The position numbers and the translations under genes are program-made. From the NCBI GenBank assembly GCA_035547875.1, contig DASZTX010000031.1:55853-119852 (forward strand): a stretch of DNA of 64,000 nucleotides, written 5' to 3'. The stretch is from Mucilaginibacter sp. GTDB taxonomy: Bacteria > Bacteroidota > Bacteroidia > Sphingobacteriales > Sphingobacteriaceae. Position 1 is the first letter of the stretch; each line of letters opens with the position of its first letter. The notes beneath the pieces were generated by a model that saw nothing but the letters and a program-made list of their open reading frames with translations, ran no database searches and was not told where the DNA came from. Positions 28,909 through 37,337 of this stretch are shown here, one piece after another.

Positions 28909-29475
28909 ATGATGACTACTGATACAAGATTAGCGGAAATGTGGGAAGGCTGCCTGAAAAATGACCGTAAGCAGCAGGAACTTTTATACCGGACACTGGC
29001 GCCGCGCATGCTGGCCGTATGTATGCGTTACGCACACGATAAGGATGAGGCTCAGGATATTTTACAGGAAGGCTTTATCAAAATGTTCAAAAACGCACAT
29101 AGTTATCGCGGCGACGGCAATCTTGAGGGCTGGATACGCCGGATCATGGTTCACTGTGCTATTTCGCGCTATCGCAAATTAAAGCCGATGGTGCTGGTGG
29201 AGGATTTTACCGAGGAGAACAGCGGTACGGGCAGCGGATACAACGCACACGGGCTTGAAGCAAAAGACCTGATGCAAATGATTCAAAAGTTACCGCAGAC
29301 CTACCGTTCAGTATTTAATCTTTATGCAATAGAGGGTTACTCGCACCAGGAAATAGGAAATAAATTGGGAATGACCGAACTGCTGTCGCGGACCAACCTG
29401 CATCGCGCCCGGACTATTCTGAAAGATATGATAAACAAGCTTACCGCAAGCGAGATGCATTATATGGCCGGATGA
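28909..29475 (+). CDS. RNA polymerase sigma-70 factor, ECF subfamily
   Basis: It has region 2 (DEAQDILQEGFIKMF) and region 4 (YRSVFNLYAIEGYSHQEIGNKLGMTELLSRTNLHRAR). The ATG at 28909 is preferred over the TTG at 28888. Confidence 0.87.
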   Translation: MMTTDTRLAEMWEGCLKNDRKQQELLYRTLAPRMLAVCMRYAHDKDEAQDILQEGFIKMFKNAHSYRGDGNLEGWIRRIMVHCAISRYRKLKPMVLVEDFTEENSGTGSGYNAHGLEAKDLMQMIQKLPQTYRSVFNLYAIEGYSHQEIGNKLGMTELLSRTNLHRARTILKDMINKLTASEMHYMAG

Positions 29476-29483
29476 CCGGACAA

Positions 29484-31085
29484 TTAAACCTGTACATCCG
29501 CTACATTGATGAGGTAGTTGTCCATCAGCTTCATGTCTATCCTGTCATTTAAAAACCCGATATGCATATCCGGTCGGACAATGACCGATTTTCCTGTCTT
29601 TTCATTCACCTCAAAAGCATCAAAGACATTTTGATTTTTGGCCGAAGGCGGCAGATAGAAGAAATTGAGCATTCCGGCATATTTTTGGGTGATCCATTTG
29701 GCAAGCGCAAAAAGATCCGACTCGGTAAGCCGACCCATTGCAATGAAAGTAAAACCCGGTTTGCTGCACCACTCATGCAGATCGGTCTCCTCATTCCGCT
29801 TTTCGTCGAATACCCGAAAAAAAGGCAGCCTGTCGCCCGCCCTGATGGAACCCGCCTGACTGACGTGAAGACTGAGCGGGCTGTCCCGGTAATTGATAGC
29901 GATCTGTGAAACCTGCCTAAAAAATACCGTGCGCAGGTTTTTATTCCCCCAGGCCATTTTGAGCAGATAAGGCATTACCCATCTCTTTATCAGCGCTATC
30001 AGCCAGTTGTCCGACAGGACAAGCGAGAACATTCTGTCTGTTGTTTTTAACAACTTTTTTGCCACCGGTATGCGTTCAGCAGCATAACTTTCCAGTATTT
30101 TTTTATCGAGTTGCCCTTTTATCACCCCGGCAAGCTTCCAGGCCAGGTTATAGGCATCCTGCAAACCCGTGTTCATTCCCTGCCCACCTACAGGCGAGTG
30201 GATATGCGCAGCATCTCCTATAAGAAAACAACGCTCTGCACGAAATCGTTCTGCCATGCGATGGTGGAGACGATACCTGGTAAACCAGTGCGTTTTTTCA
30301 ATGGCGATATTGCGGCCTGTTATTTTTTCAATGCCTGGCAGTACGTCGTTAATCGCAAGCTCCTTTTTGTTTTCCAGCGTTTCGGGCAGATTGCCGATCA
30401 TACGATACCGTTTTGCCTCAGGCATGGGAAAGAATGCTGAAAATCCCTTTCGCACCAAAAAGAGGTTGATCTGTTTTTCACCCAGACCGTGGTCGCGGAG
30501 CGTAACATCGGCCAGGTAAAAATTATGGCTGTAAGTATCGCCGTTAAAAGGTATCTGCAGCTGCTTACGGACAAAACTGTGGGCGCCGTCCGCTCCGATC
30601 AGCCAGTTGCAGCGTGCCGTTGATGTTTGTTTATCTGTTTGCAGCGTAACTTCTGCACCTTTCGGGTCTTGCTTTAATGATGTTAGTGTAGTCCCCCAAT
30701 ATACCGGGCAGGTGTTCCAGGTAAGATAGTCGAGCAGCGCGCGCTCATTCCGGCTTTGCGGGTATAAGAGAATGTACGGGAAAGGTGTTTCCTCCTCACC
30801 CATGTTTTCCATCACAAAATTTGCAGCCGGTTTACCGTTCTCGTTAAAGACAACTTCTTCGGCCTGCTTGCCGTTTTTAATTACACCGTTGGCAATGCCC
30901 ATCTGCCGGTAGATCTCCAGGGAACGCGCCTGCACAGCAAGCGCTTTGGATTCATCCGTCGGCCCTAATTTACTGTCGATAATTACCGGATGTACACCAA
31001 GACGGACTAACTGTGCGGCCATCATCAACCCGGACGGGCCTGCGCCAACAATTAATACCTGCGTGTGTTCCCGGTTAAACTGCAT
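29484..31085 (-). CDS. FAD-dependent monooxygenase (PheA/TfdB-like, with C-terminal thioredoxin-like domain)
   Basis: 533 aa. It has the LIVGAGPSGLMMA, GDAAHIHSPVGGQGMNTGLQD fingerprints. Confidence 0.82.
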   Translation of the reverse strand: MQFNREHTQVLIVGAGPSGLMMAAQLVRLGVHPVIIDSKLGPTDESKALAVQARSLEIYRQMGIANGVIKNGKQAEEVVFNENGKPAANFVMENMGEEETPFPYILLYPQSRNERALLDYLTWNTCPVYWGTTLTSLKQDPKGAEVTLQTDKQTSTARCNWLIGADGAHSFVRKQLQIPFNGDTYSHNFYLADVTLRDHGLGEKQINLFLVRKGFSAFFPMPEAKRYRMIGNLPETLENKKELAINDVLPGIEKITGRNIAIEKTHWFTRYRLHHRMAERFRAERCFLIGDAAHIHSPVGGQGMNTGLQDAYNLAWKLAGVIKGQLDKKILESYAAERIPVAKKLLKTTDRMFSLVLSDNWLIALIKRWVMPYLLKMAWGNKNLRTVFFRQVSQIAINYRDSPLSLHVSQAGSIRAGDRLPFFRVFDEKRNEETDLHEWCSKPGFTFIAMGRLTESDLFALAKWITQKYAGMLNFFYLPPSAKNQNVFDAFEVNEKTGKSVIVRPDMHIGFLNDRIDMKLMDNYLINVADVQV

Positions 31086-31796
31086 CTATCGGTGATAAAT
31101 CAAAAAAATTGCCGGACGCTTATGCAGGTCGGGCACATTTTTTTTCCATTCGGCGATGGTTTTTGTCTGAATAAATTCCGTAGCGGCCGTCAGGTCGCAT
31201 GCAATACATAACCTTGTTTTCGGGTTTGCTGTTTTCAAAATCTCTTCCAGCATGGCGTTGTTCCGAAACGGGGTTTCTATAAAAAGCTGAGTCTGGTCGT
31301 TGCGTTCGGCAAGCTGCTCAAGTTCCCTGATCTTCTTGCTACGTAGCATCCTGTCAATCGGCAGGTATCCGTGAAAGGTAAAGCTTTGCCCGCTGAACCC
31401 GGAACCCATCAGCGCCAGTAAAATGGAACTCGGCCCCGTTAACGGCACTACTTTTATGCCCATGCGATGGGCTTTGTCCACCAGATCAGCACCGGGATCA
31501 GCTACACCCGGGCACCCGGCCTCGCTCATCAAACCGACATCATTTCCTGCCTTCAGCCCCTTGAAGAAATCCGCTGAACTATCTGACCGGTTGTGCTTTC
31601 CGTAATCATGTATCACTAACTCGCTTTGAGGGGTCCTGAGACCTGCCTGCTTTAAAAAGCGGCGCGCTGTTTTTTCATTCTCTACGATATACTCGCTGAT
31701 GCTGTTTATCGTCTCCATAAGGTAAGGAGTAAATGATTTTGAGGCTGCGTCGTTCGACAGCGGTACAGGTATTAAATAGAGGGTTCCTGCTTGCAT
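31086..31796 (-). CDS. SAM-dependent methyltransferase, tetrapyrrole-methylase fold (RsmI-like)
   Basis: 236 aa. It has TLYLIPVPL, SEAGCPGVADPG and GPSSILLALMGSG motifs. Its stop abuts the monooxygenase start. Confidence 0.78.
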   Translation of the reverse strand: MQAGTLYLIPVPLSNDAASKSFTPYLMETINSISEYIVENEKTARRFLKQAGLRTPQSELVIHDYGKHNRSDSSADFFKGLKAGNDVGLMSEAGCPGVADPGADLVDKAHRMGIKVVPLTGPSSILLALMGSGFSGQSFTFHGYLPIDRMLRSKKIRELEQLAERNDQTQLFIETPFRNNAMLEEILKTANPKTRLCIACDLTAATEFIQTKTIAEWKKNVPDLHKRPAIFLIYHR

Positions 31797-31851
31797 CTTG
31801 CAAAATTGCTGTTTTTTGTCTAATTTAAGCTATCGAAAGGGGTATTGATTA

Positions 31852-32568
31852 ATGAAATCACTTGGCATCAACTGGTTTATTGAAGGTTCGCTGGATTTTG
31901 AGTATAAAAAATACATTCTGCTCGACTATCTGCAGGAGATCAACCGGCATTTTGACAGGAGCAGGCTTTATCCGAACCTGACCGACCTGATATTTCATTA
32001 TAACAACCTGGTTTATTTTAAAAAGAACAAAAGTGTTTTGCAGCAGGCGTTTCCGCAAAGGCTTACAAGCACGGACATTGATGCCGTGAAGCTGACCTAT
32101 CAAAAGATTATTGATGACGATGACTCCATGCTGGAAATAGAGCAGATCATATCCTACGCCCTGCAAAAGATGGACCCGGCGATCAAAACCGGCAAAGATA
32201 TTTATGACTTTGTGGAAAGCAGGCTGAATATTGATCCGGTAGGGATCGTCCCGCTGATGCCTTATCACGGTTATTTTTCGCTTCGGAACGGCATGGAGAG
32301 AACGAATTTTATTTACGAATATCAGATCACCATCTTCGAAAATAAAGATGACAGGTACCGGGGAATTAATATTACGTTTATCGATACGTACGAGGAGACG
32401 ATCCTTAATACACCTGAAGCGCTCAAGATCAAACTGATCAGCAGGAATCGCAATATTCCTAATCCCGCCGTTTATTATGTACAAAGCGACATCAGTTTCC
32501 CGCTGGAGCAAACACTGCTGCCAGTTGCCAAAAAGAGCCTGGTAAAGTATATCTCGAAGGCGGCATGA
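31852..32568 (+). CDS. Conserved hypothetical protein
   Basis: 238 aa with normal globular composition and no motif I recognise. A 255-aa ORF on the opposite strand covers the same region; see findings. Confidence 0.5.
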   Translation: MKSLGINWFIEGSLDFEYKKYILLDYLQEINRHFDRSRLYPNLTDLIFHYNNLVYFKKNKSVLQQAFPQRLTSTDIDAVKLTYQKIIDDDDSMLEIEQIISYALQKMDPAIKTGKDIYDFVESRLNIDPVGIVPLMPYHGYFSLRNGMERTNFIYEYQITIFENKDDRYRGINITFIDTYEETILNTPEALKIKLISRNRNIPNPAVYYVQSDISFPLEQTLLPVAKKSLVKYISKAA

Positions 32569-32758
32569 TGGAAACGATGGAGTTTCTGCCGTTCGGAAAA
32601 AGACGGAGGTGTTTTGTAACATCACTGTCTTTGTTAATTAACTCCCCTGTAATCGCCTTATTTATTGCCTGAAGAAAGAATACGGGGAGTGCTTTTCGGG
32701 CAATAAAAAACCCCGCACATTTACTGTACAGGGCTTAGAAATTCATATATAAGATCAG

Positions 32759-34186
32759 TTAGGACATTTTTAGCTTTTTCTGAATGTCGGCAACGTAGCC
32801 TTTAAATTTCTTGTCAGTATCAATCAGGTCTTCTACAGTCTGGCAGGCGTAAATCACCGTTGAGTGGTCGCGGCCGCCGAAGAAATGCCCGATTGATTTC
32901 AGGGAACTTTTTGTGTGCGCCTTTGCCAGATACATCGATATCTGCCTGGCCTGCACAATCTCGCGCTTCCTTGTCTGCGATTTAACCATCTCGATCGGAA
33001 CTTCGAAATATTCGCAAACCAGATTCTGGATATATTCCATCGATATTTCTTTGGAGGAGTTCTTCACAAAGTTTTTCAACATTTGTTTGGCAAGGTTCAG
33101 ATCGATTTCCTTGCGGTTCAATGTTGATTGCGCTAACAGAGAAACCATCGCACCTTCCAGTTCACGCACGTTGTTGTCGATGTTATGCGCAACGTATTCT
33201 ATCACGTCGTTTGCCAGCTCGATGCCATCCTGGTAGGTTTTATTTTTCAGGATCGCCATACGGGTTTCCAGATCAGGAACCTGAAGATCGGCAGACAAGC
33301 CCCATTTGAACCTTGAAAGCAGGCGTTCTTCCAGTCCGGCAAGGTCTTTAGGCGCCTTGTCAGAGGTGATGATCACCTGTTTGCCCGACTGGTGCAGATG
33401 ATTAAAGATATGGAAGAAGAAATCCTGCGTTTTTTCCTTACCTGCAAAGTTGTGCACGTCATCCATAATCAGCACGTCGATAGCCTGATAGAAGTTAACA
33501 AAGTCGTTAATGTTATTATGCTTTAAGGCATCAACAAATTGCTGGGTAAACTTTTCGCACGAAACGTACAGCACCAGCTTATCGGGCAGGGTGTTTTTTA
33601 TCTCATTGCCAATGGCCTGCGCCAGGTGGGTTTTACCAAGCCCGACACCGCCGTAGATCATCAGCGGGTTAAATGATGTGCCGCCCGGTTTTGCAGCAAC
33701 TGCGTAGCCTGCGGAACGGGCGAGCCTGTTGCAATCGCCCTCAACGAAATTAGCGAATGTGTAATTGCGGTTTAATTGCGGATCAACATTCAGCTTTTTC
33801 AGTCCGGGGATAACAAAGGGATTCTTTATATCCTTGTTTATTGAAATGGGTATCGGCATAGACTGATTTTTTGCCTCAGCGCCATTACCATTCGACGGTA
33901 AATTGGTAGTATATGGCTTGCTGGATGATGACTGCTCTACAACTATATTATATTCCAAACGCCCGTCGTCGCCCAATTGTTTTTTTATTGTTTTCCTGAG
34001 AAGCCCAACGTAGTGTTCTTCCAGCCATTCGTAAAAAAACAAACTCGGAACTTGTATCGTCAAAACACTCCCTTCCATCCTTAACGCCTTAATCGGTTCG
34101 AACCAGGTCTTAAAGCTTTGTGCCGGTATGTTATCTTTTATTATCTGAAGGCAGCTATTCCAAACGTTAGTACAAGTTTTTTCCAT
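32759..34186 (-). CDS. dnaA: Chromosomal replication initiator protein DnaA
   Basis: 475 aa. It has the AAA+ Walker A GGVGLGKTHL, IMDDVH, and a C-terminal DNA-binding domain (GGRDHSTVIYA). Confidence 0.96.
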   Translation of the reverse strand: MEKTCTNVWNSCLQIIKDNIPAQSFKTWFEPIKALRMEGSVLTIQVPSLFFYEWLEEHYVGLLRKTIKKQLGDDGRLEYNIVVEQSSSSKPYTTNLPSNGNGAEAKNQSMPIPISINKDIKNPFVIPGLKKLNVDPQLNRNYTFANFVEGDCNRLARSAGYAVAAKPGGTSFNPLMIYGGVGLGKTHLAQAIGNEIKNTLPDKLVLYVSCEKFTQQFVDALKHNNINDFVNFYQAIDVLIMDDVHNFAGKEKTQDFFFHIFNHLHQSGKQVIITSDKAPKDLAGLEERLLSRFKWGLSADLQVPDLETRMAILKNKTYQDGIELANDVIEYVAHNIDNNVRELEGAMVSLLAQSTLNRKEIDLNLAKQMLKNFVKNSSKEISMEYIQNLVCEYFEVPIEMVKSQTRKREIVQARQISMYLAKAHTKSSLKSIGHFFGGRDHSTVIYACQTVEDLIDTDKKFKGYVADIQKKLKMS

Positions 34187-34632
34187 AAGTAGATTTTATT
34201 AAAATATTGATTTCCAACCCCCAGCGAAACATCTTTTGGAACTGCTACGGAACATCGAATATTCTAAAAAAAAGTGGATAAAAAAATAAAATTTTAACTT
34301 TTTGATGAAATAAATTTATCAAATAATAACGTGATTTATGCTTTAAATTGATTTAAAAATAGTACATTTCGCAGTAAATCAGCGCTGATAAATATTTAAT
34401 TAATTAGTCCTTTATTTATTTAATTAGTTTTCCACAAATCGATTTCCCTGGCAGTTTTTCCACCGTTTTCCGGGCCGTTCCCCCGTCAAATTCCGAGCCA
34501 TTATAACGGGTTTTATTCCTGATAGTTTTATGTTTTTTTCATCGATATTGTAAGTGGTTGATCCTACAGGAAATAATATTTCGTGCGGTTATTTTCGGGA
34601 TCAGATTGTCAGTGACAGATGACGTATCGCTG
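34187..34632. other. Candidate oriC: AT-rich intergenic region with DnaA-box-like 9-mers
   Basis: This 446-nt non-coding region lies directly upstream of dnaA. 9-mers compared with consensus TTATCCACA: AGTGGATAA (34273-34281, 8/9 on the reverse strand), TTTTCCACA (34428-34436, 8/9) and TTTTCCACC (34456-34464, 7/9). A very AT-rich stretch (about 34281-34426) could act as the unwinding element. Confidence 0.5.
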
Positions 34633-36180
34633 TCAGTATTCACCAAAAACCCGCCGCAGCGTGTCAGCTATTTCGCCCAAAGTGGCATACCTTTCTACAG
34701 CAGTCAGTATATAAGGCATCAGGTTGTCATTTTCCTGCGCGGCCTTTTCAAGTGCGGACAGGCTTTGCTTAACCGCGTCGTTATCGCGCGCCGATCTTAG
34801 CAGCGCGATCTTTTCGGATTGCCGGATCCTGATGGAATCGTCGATGCGGAAAACGCTGGCGGCCGCAGGTTCCGGCTCTGTAAATTTGTTTACGCCGACC
34901 AGCACACGGCTGCCATCTTCAATCTCATTTTGATATTCGTAGGCTGAGCGGGCGATCTCCTGCTGGATAAAATCCTGCTCGATCGCCTTTACAGACCCGC
35001 CCATCGCATCGATCTTGTCGATATAAACATAGGCGGCCTTTTCGAGTTCGTCTGTCAGCGCCTCTATAAAATATGATCCTGCAAGCGGATCAACAGTATC
35101 TGCCACGCCGCTTTCAAAAGCAATGATCTGCTGGGTGCGCAAAGCGATCTTTGCCGCCGCTTCCGTAGGGAGCGAAATAGCCTCGTCATAGCCGTTGGTA
35201 TGTAAAGACTGGGTTCCGCCGAGTACCGCTGCGAGCGCCTGGTTACTTACGCGGACAATATTATTCATGGGCTGTTGCGCGGTTAAGGTAGAACCTCCCG
35301 TCTGCGTATGGAAGCGCAGCTTTTGAGCACCCGGATCGGTGGCGCCGAGCTCCTTTGTGATATGCGCCCACATGCGGCGCGCCGCCCTGAATTTGGCTAT
35401 TTCCTCAAAAAAATTATTATGACAGTTGAAGAAGAAAGAAACCCTACGTGCAAAGACGTTAATGTCCAATCCTTTTGAGATGGCAGCCTTCAGATAAGCC
35501 TTCCCGTTGGCAAGCGTAAATGCCAGTTCCTGAACGGCAGTTGAGCCCGCCTCGCGGATATGATAACCCGATATGGATATGGTATTCCATTTAGGAACCT
35601 CCTGAGCGCAATATTCGAATACGTCGGTGATCAGCCGCATGGAGGGCTCCGGTGGATAGATGTAGGTGCCGCGTGCGGCATATTCCTTTAATATATCATT
35701 CTGAATTGTGCCCGATAACCGTTTTAAATCGGCACCCTGCTTTTTTGCCAGGGCGATATACATGGCCAGTAAGATTGACGCTGTCGCGTTAATGGTCATG
35801 GAGGTGCTGATGTCCTGAAGCCTGATACCTTTAAACAGCGTTTCCATGTCCTGCAGCGAATCGATGGCGACGCCAACCTTGCCTACTTCGCCTTCAGACA
35901 GGTCGTGGTCGGAGTCGTAGCCAATCTGCGTCGGAAGGTCGAAAGCTACGGACAAGCCCATCGTCCCCTGACTCAGCAGATAGTGGTAACGCTTGTTGGA
36001 TTCTTCGGCAGTAGAAAAACCGGCATACTGGCGCATCGTCCACGGTTTGCCGCGGTACATGTCTTTTTGGATGCCCCGGGTATAGGGAAACTGGCCGGGC
36101 AGTTCGTCCATTCCTGACGGCCTGATATAAACCTCCTGTATTTCTATGCCCGAACTGGTGCTAATTTTCTTTTCTGCCAT
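34633..36180 (-). CDS. Methylmalonyl-CoA mutase family protein (catalytic TIM-barrel subunit, no B12-binding domain)
   Basis: 515 aa. FPYTRGI, RQYAGF and the [10 protein letters not shown] signature are present. The length matches the split large-subunit type. Confidence 0.88.
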   Translation of the reverse strand: MAEKKISTSSGIEIQEVYIRPSGMDELPGQFPYTRGIQKDMYRGKPWTMRQYAGFSTAEESNKRYHYLLSQGTMGLSVAFDLPTQIGYDSDHDLSEGEVGKVGVAIDSLQDMETLFKGIRLQDISTSMTINATASILLAMYIALAKKQGADLKRLSGTIQNDILKEYAARGTYIYPPEPSMRLITDVFEYCAQEVPKWNTISISGYHIREAGSTAVQELAFTLANGKAYLKAAISKGLDINVFARRVSFFFNCHNNFFEEIAKFRAARRMWAHITKELGATDPGAQKLRFHTQTGGSTLTAQQPMNNIVRVSNQALAAVLGGTQSLHTNGYDEAISLPTEAAAKIALRTQQIIAFESGVADTVDPLAGSYFIEALTDELEKAAYVYIDKIDAMGGSVKAIEQDFIQQEIARSAYEYQNEIEDGSRVLVGVNKFTEPEPAAASVFRIDDSIRIRQSEKIALLRSARDNDAVKQSLSALEKAAQENDNLMPYILTAVERYATLGEIADTLRRVFGEY

Positions 36181-36256
36181 ATACTGTCAGCGATATAGGA
36201 ATAAATACCGGCATCGTCCTGCCTGAATGCAGACGACCATGCCTTATTTATCCAGG

Positions 36257-36787
36257 CTAAAAAATCTCCTCTAAATCCTTACGGAGCAAACCCGGCCCTA
36301 ATTCATACGGATTCTCATCCAGCTCATTCAGGCTGGCCAGTATTACCTTGCTTAACTCAAGGCCCGTTGCGTCCTCCGGCATACCTTTGGCTGCCTTATT
36401 GATCAGGGTAAGCGTATCTTCCTTTAATTGCTGCACCACACCCCACGCCCGGCTGCTAACATAGATCTGCTGGGTCACATTGTGCTGGTATTCATTGCGT
36501 ATCTCTTCCACCAGCAAACGGTAAAGGTCGTGCGCTGCGTACGAAGGGGCATTCAGACGGATCAGCATATTGCCCGGATTTATCCGCTCTATAAACAATA
36601 CCAGCCGCTCATAAGCCTGAAGCCGCAAAGGCAGCGTCTGATTGCTCAGTGTTTTTTTGAACTCCAGCAGTTGTATCTTTTCATCCCGGTCAAGATATGG
36701 CCGCAACAGGTAAAATGCTACGAACACCACCCCGCAACCGGCAATCAGATATTTAAGGATATCAAGGAAATACGGAAATAAACTCAT
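36257..36787 (-). CDS. Hypothetical membrane-anchored protein
   Basis: 176 aa. It has a single N-terminal TM helix (ILKYLIAGCGVVFVAFYLL) and a helical soluble domain. I recognise no family. Confidence 0.5.
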   Translation of the reverse strand: MSLFPYFLDILKYLIAGCGVVFVAFYLLRPYLDRDEKIQLLEFKKTLSNQTLPLRLQAYERLVLFIERINPGNMLIRLNAPSYAAHDLYRLLVEEIRNEYQHNVTQQIYVSSRAWGVVQQLKEDTLTLINKAAKGMPEDATGLELSKVILASLNELDENPYELGPGLLRKDLEEIF

Positions 36788-36850
36788 GCTGATGAATGTT
36801 AAATACAGGTCATAAATAAACGGGCTTCGGCAAAAATCCGCATTTTACCT

Positions 36851-36858
36851 TATATTTG
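36851..36858 (+). promoter_or_regulatory. Candidate Bacteroidota -7 promoter element TATATTTG upstream of the HesB/IscA gene
   Basis: It matches the TAnnTTTG consensus described for Bacteroides/Flavobacterium sigma-A promoters and ends 21 nt upstream of the ATG at 36880. Confidence 0.3.
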
Positions 36859-36879
36859 TGTAGTTAATATAAAAATAAC

Positions 36880-37233
36880 ATGGGTACTGCTGTTGAAACT
36901 GCGGCCGGTCCGGTGAGCTTTACGCCGGGAGCCGTGAAGGAACTGAATAAATTGAGAAGTCAGCAAGAGATTGGCGAAGACTTCGGTTTGCGTGTGGGCG
37001 TTGAAGGCGGAGGCTGTTCAGGAATGAACTACGTTTTAGGCTTTGACCAAAAAAAGGAAGGCGATCAGGAATATGTGATCGATGGCATAAAGGTATTTAT
37101 GCATAAGGCTCACGGATTATATCTTGTCGGTATGCAGATCGACTTTCAGGACGGCCTGAACGCCCGCGGTTTCACGTTCAATAACCCGAATGCCGCAAGT
37201 ACCTGTGGTTGCGGAAGTTCATTTTCAGTATAA
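36880..37233 (+). CDS. erpA: HesB/IscA family iron-sulfur cluster insertion protein
   Basis: 117 aa. It has GGGCSG and the C-terminal CGCGSSF motif. Confidence 0.85.
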   Translation: MGTAVETAAGPVSFTPGAVKELNKLRSQQEIGEDFGLRVGVEGGGCSGMNYVLGFDQKKEGDQEYVIDGIKVFMHKAHGLYLVGMQIDFQDGLNARGFTFNNPNAASTCGCGSSFSV

Positions 37234-37257
37234 AAGACCCGTTTAATCGTAATATGG

Positions 37258-37285
37258 AGCAGCCCGACAGGCTGTTTTTTATTTT
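37258..37285 (+). terminator. Rho-independent terminator candidate after the HesB/IscA gene
   Basis: Stem CAGCC (37260-37264) pairs with GGCTG (37270-37274) and can be extended by G-U/A-U pairs. It is followed by TTTTTTATTTT. Confidence 0.5.
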
Positions 37286-37337
37286 CTATAAGTGTTGTGC
37301 CGATCAACCTGTTCCGGCTCATTCGATATAATTATAA

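Noticed and set aside
32641-32740. Nested inverted repeats (ACTCCCC...GGGGAGT; TTATTGCC...GGCAATAA) downstream of dnaA and the convergent hypothetical gene
   Set aside because: The stems are short (7-8 bp) with loops of more than 30 nt and no clear T-run. I cannot distinguish these from chance and did not call a terminator.
36181-36256. Possible cobalamin riboswitch upstream of the mutase gene
   Set aside because: The spacer is only 76 nt, far shorter than a B12 element, and no B12-box-like sequence was seen.
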